DNA of 64,000 nt, from positions 90,854 through 154,853 of the forward strand of contig VRVR01000032.1 of assembly GCA_009859145.1 (NCBI GenBank). The letters run 5' to 3'. The stretch is from Andalucia godoyi And28 (Eukaryota > Protista > Jakobida). The position numbers were made by a program, and so were the translations under genes. A model generated the notes under the pieces. It was not told where the DNA came from. It saw nothing but the letters and a program-made list of their open reading frames with translations, and searched no databases. Below, piece by piece: positions 60,399-64,000 of this stretch (position 1 is the first letter of the stretch; the number at the start of each line of letters is the position of its first letter).

Positions 60399-61801
60399 TC
60401 TCGATCGAATCTAGTTTAGTTTTTTTTTGTAAGAAAACGCGGGAAAGGATAGACAGAAACTTTTTTTGATCACACAATTAATAATGAGCCAAACAAAGGA
60501 CAAACAGAGGATTCAAAAAAGTGAGAACAACAATTTAAGAAAACCTGTCTGTTCAAATACGTGGTGCCGAAAATACTCTTGTGGAGAAGAAGGGGGGAAA
60601 GGATGACGATGCTAAACTGACGTCAAGTGTTCCTTTTTATGTTTAAATAGTCTCGCACAACAAACGTTTTTCCTACAATATTTTGCATCGATTGTCGCGG
60701 AAGTGACGTGTTCGAGTGCTTGGCACTTGACTTGCTCCTTTGTCGAAGGTGTCTGTTTTTTTTGATTTATTTTATTAATTGAGCGGGAATCTTGCGCGAG
60801 CAATGTGCATGATTACATCTCCTTGATAAGCGAGGCGGCAAGCGGACAAGAAGGTGCGCAAAATTCGGATCCAACCGGATCACCCGATTGCAGTGCGTCC
60901 AGCATTTTGGTCCAGAGCACGGTCCAGAGTGCTTCCCACTTTACGCGACCTGCTGTATCGCAGCACCCTTTGCCGTAAACTCCGGCCAGTAAAACACACA
61001 GTATCTCCTCTCCATCCGAACCACCTTCTCATTACGTAGTTGAATACCTCAAGTGTAGCAATAATCGCTCCAGAGTCCTCGAGACGAGCCCTGTGAGCCT
61101 CGTCAACATACTGGTGAGATTCGACTGCACTCTCGTTTTTTGCTGCAGAGATACTTGACCGCGTCCAGAATTTGGAATCTTGACGACGACAACACCTTTT
61201 AGAGGTCACGTCTTCATGATCGCGGAAGCTGAGGTTTCGTCATTCGTCAATCCACATTCGTCGCAGGCCAAACGTACATTGCAGTCGCAAAAAGCACGCT
61301 GCGAGAACGTCGTCTACAAACACACACGCACGCACACGCACTTCCGTCGTTTTTTTCCTCATCTGAATTGTTTGCCCACAAGAGATGAAATGCAGAAGAA
61401 CAACATGAAGGCACAAACAGCTGTTCGGGTATGATGAACCGCAAATTCAGCAGCGCACTGAAAAAACGCAAGAAAAGTGAATGACAGCTTGCAAATTTTT
61501 CGAGGGCGGAAACCAGCGGAAGCACGGTGAAATGGTGCTAGCCTCCCGTTCTTGCATCAATTCTTCTGTCTGGGGAGTTTTTTTTATAAAAAAAGTGGGA
61601 AAAGATTCAGGAAAAGATTCAAAAGACCAGATCCTTCATTTTGCAGCGCTGCTTTGTCTATTCCCGACAAAACCCCCCTATTCTCACTCTCTCTCTGTCG
61701 TTGCTTTACATTCCGCGTTGATATGCCCCCATACTCCGTCGAACACTGCCATCATTACTCACTCCCTTTTTGTTTGTTGTTCTGTTCCCCCTTCCATCTC
61801 A

Positions 61802-63214
61802 ATGTCAGATTCATCAGCAATGGTTGTAGAAGATTCCAACAGTTCGAAGCGCCGATATTTGCTCATGAATCCACGCGAACGATGGTCTGACGATGAGCAT
61901 AATCGCTTTTTGGAGGCTATTCGGTTGTTTTCTCGAGACTGGAAAAAGATAACAGAATACGTTGGAACAAAGAATATTTCGCAAGTGCGCTCCCATGCCC
62001 AAAAAGTGTTTGCAAAGATCCCCTCTTCCGAAGTGCCGCCTCCTCGAAAGAAGCCAAAGACGAGTCACGGCGACTTACCTTCCTTCTCCACGACTTCTGG
62101 AAGAAACTCCGGTCTAACGGCATCCGGTAACGGAATGGCAAGTCTGAACACCTCCAACAATATGATGTATGGGAACTTGAATCTCATGCCGTCCAGTGCG
62201 GCGAACTCCGGCCATTCACACATGACGCTTCTTCATTCCAATGGAGGTGGAGTGAATGGTACGCCAAGCAACAGTTATAGCACTTCGTCGACATCCATAT
62301 CGGATGCTCTTGTGATGAACATGGGCATGGGCATGAACATGAACATGAACATCGGCATGCCAGGTGATGTTCTAGGGCTTCAGTCGGTCATGTCGGACCC
62401 TTCCGGAGTCCTGATGCTCTCCACATCTGCTTCGGGAACGCACACTCATAATTCGACACCCACTTCCAGTAATATGCACGGATCCATGGAAACAAGCATC
62501 CCTATGAGCGGAGGAAGCTCTGCCGCGCCGAGCAGTAGCGCTGTATCAGGTGACTACGGATCTTCTGAAATGAGGCATCCGCAACAGCAACAGCATCCGC
62601 AACAGCACCAACAGCATCAGCATCAGCATCAGCAACAGCATCAGCAACAGCATCAGCAACAGCAACAGGTTCAACACGTTCAGCAACTGCATCAACAGTC
62701 TCCACGACAGCAACAGTTTCATCAACATCCACAATTGCAGCCACTGCATCCACCACAACCTGCGCAATCGCAAATTCTGCATTCTCCGCTGGATCCCTCT
62801 GGTGCTTCCGCTTCTTTACCACGCCATCTCCCCCAGCATGGGTTGATTGGTCCATACTCCTTGCATTCTGCCAATATCCGAGCGTCTACAGTCTCCAGCA
62901 TGAGTGATTGGAAGATGCAGATCGGACAACAATTGCGTCAGCAGTCGGAGGTTCCACTTTCTCTGCAGATGGAACATCACGGTAACCCCAATCTCCCTCG
63001 AGTACTGGGACTGCTTCTCGCTGCAGATAATCGAGATGAGTGGCATGCAAGGCTCCGGGAATGCTCGCCGACCGATATTCAGTTTGCGGATGTCCTTGTC
63101 CGCGCAGCCTATACTCGTCTGTCACTGTCCATGCCAGTCCCTTCGTCACACAGTTCTGGTGCAGATGGGCTGCCCGGTATCCTGAGGCCGCATCCTCTAC
63201 GACCCAGCTACTAG
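61802..63214 (+). CDS. Single-repeat MYB (SHAQKYF class, CCA1/REVEILLE-like) transcription factor with Q-rich region
   Basis: RERWSDDEHNRFLEAIRLFSRDWKKITEYVGTKNISQVRSHAQKVF followed by VPPPRKKPK; poly-Q/H tract. Confidence 0.88.
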   Translation: MSDSSAMVVEDSNSSKRRYLLMNPRERWSDDEHNRFLEAIRLFSRDWKKITEYVGTKNISQVRSHAQKVFAKIPSSEVPPPRKKPKTSHGDLPSFSTTSGRNSGLTASGNGMASLNTSNNMMYGNLNLMPSSAANSGHSHMTLLHSNGGGVNGTPSNSYSTSSTSISDALVMNMGMGMNMNMNIGMPGDVLGLQSVMSDPSGVLMLSTSASGTHTHNSTPTSSNMHGSMETSIPMSGGSSAAPSSSAVSGDYGSSEMRHPQQQQHPQQHQQHQHQHQQQHQQQHQQQQQVQHVQQLHQQSPRQQQFHQHPQLQPLHPPQPAQSQILHSPLDPSGASASLPRHLPQHGLIGPYSLHSANIRASTVSSMSDWKMQIGQQLRQQSEVPLSLQMEHHGNPNLPRVLGLLLAADNRDEWHARLRECSPTDIQFADVLVRAAYTRLSLSMPVPSSHSSGADGLPGILRPHPLRPSY

Positions 63215-63551
63215 CCAACACCACCAACACAAGCACAAACATACATTTTGTGCCGCATGTCCATAGTCCTCGTCGATATATTTTGCTACAACGGAATCAT
63301 CGATTTTTCGAATTGTCAGGGTTTCTCTCGTCCACTTTGCTTTTCCTCTCCTTTTCATTTACACACACACACAACCCCCTCCTCGCTCTCTCTCTCTCTC
63401 TCTCTGTCCCTTCTTTCACCCGTTTGCGATCGCGCTCTTTTTCATTCATGTAATTATTTGGTGTTTTATGTAGCAGTAAACAAAAAGCAGCATTCTCTCG
63501 AGAATAGGAAGGACGGGAAAGAGTTCGATAATTCGGTTTCAGCAACAGCAA

Positions 63552-64000
63552 TCAAGTGCCATTTGGCGACGGCCGACTTCTGGTAGCATACATTTGTGAA
63601 AACATTCGACCCATGGATCGAAATCCTCGAAGGTCGTGATTTCGGATGAGATTTCCTGCATCGCAATTCAACGGCGAATCGGCTTCGGGAGATGTCATGA
63701 GAGCTAGTAATGCGCGGCAAACGGAGGATATCCCCCACGCCGGCGACCAGTGCGGAGACTTCAAAATGTCCAAGCAGATTTCGCCTGTTTTCCAGTGAAT
63801 GTTTGGGTGGAATATCCTTGTGCGAAATAATGCAACTGGAGGAACAAGAGGATACTCCGGGGGTATACTAAACTCCACTTCAAAGAAGTAACCATCATAT
63901 GGAGAGCCTTCCGGTCCTTTGAGCCACGCACGCCACGACCGCAGTCCAGAATCATCAGACGGTGCACAATATACATCTGGATCTTTGGCGTTCGACCGCA
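63552..64000 (-). CDS. PEX4: Peroxisomal ubiquitin-conjugating enzyme PEX4, 5'-truncated by the window edge
   Basis: WLKGPEGSPYDG...IFHPNIHWKTGEICLDILK..WSPAW.ISSVCRALLALM..PEADSPLNCDAGNLIR..DLRGFRSM, the PEX4/UBC21-type C-terminus. Confidence 0.85.
   Translation of the reverse strand, partial: RSNAKDPDVYCAPSDDSGLRSWRAWLKGPEGSPYDGYFFEVEFSIPPEYPLVPPVALFRTRIFHPNIHWKTGEICLDILKSPHWSPAWGISSVCRALLALMTSPEADSPLNCDAGNLIRNHDLRGFRSMGRMFSQMYATRSRPSPNGT

Noticed and set aside
60854-61039. ORF starting RKIRIQP, superficially like the TnpB KIRIYP motif
   Set aside because: The following residues lack EQ..L..W, and there is no RuvC remnant or hairpin end nearby.
1-64000. CRISPR arrays, tRNA or rRNA genes, a full-length Fanzor or transposase ORF
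   Set aside because: No repeat-spacer array, cloverleaf or rRNA motif seen by eye; only truncated Fanzor remnants are present in this window.

Overview
Gene-dense, almost intron-free eukaryotic genomic DNA from a heterotrophic protist with aerobic mitochondria, peroxisomes and sterol synthesis. A jakobid/Discoba-type compact genome is a guess from architecture only. About 25 protein genes are packed with short, microsatellite-rich, AT-rich spacers: a DDX60-like helicase running off the left edge (missed by the ORF track), MRS2, COQ8, OMA1, a degenerate BEACH protein, sterol C14-reductase, eIF2B-beta, a PRELI protein, acyl-CoA oxidase, an HRI-like eIF2-alpha kinase, a VEPH1/Melted-like PH protein, SKA3, a UBL-UBA protein, PIG-C, a DEK1-like membrane calpain, Alba, NAC-alpha, an HPS3-like protein, WDR48, eIF3c, a MORN protein, mS38 (the one clear intron), a bacterial-type GlgX isoamylase, a SHAQKYF-type MYB, and PEX4 (partial). 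The most notable signal is non-genic. Two dispersed, oppositely oriented copies of a ~550-620 bp element (8952-9500 +, 57190-57807 -) carry the N-terminal NLS/HTH and the C-terminal RuvC-III tail of a TnpB/Fanzor nuclease, joined across the same internal deletion. These are followed by a ~20-bp tetraloop hairpin and a conserved right end, as expected for non-autonomous Fanzor2/IS607-like omegaRNA 'ghost' loci. A third, sequence-divergent right end with the same hairpin register and flanking motifs sits at 16333-16398.
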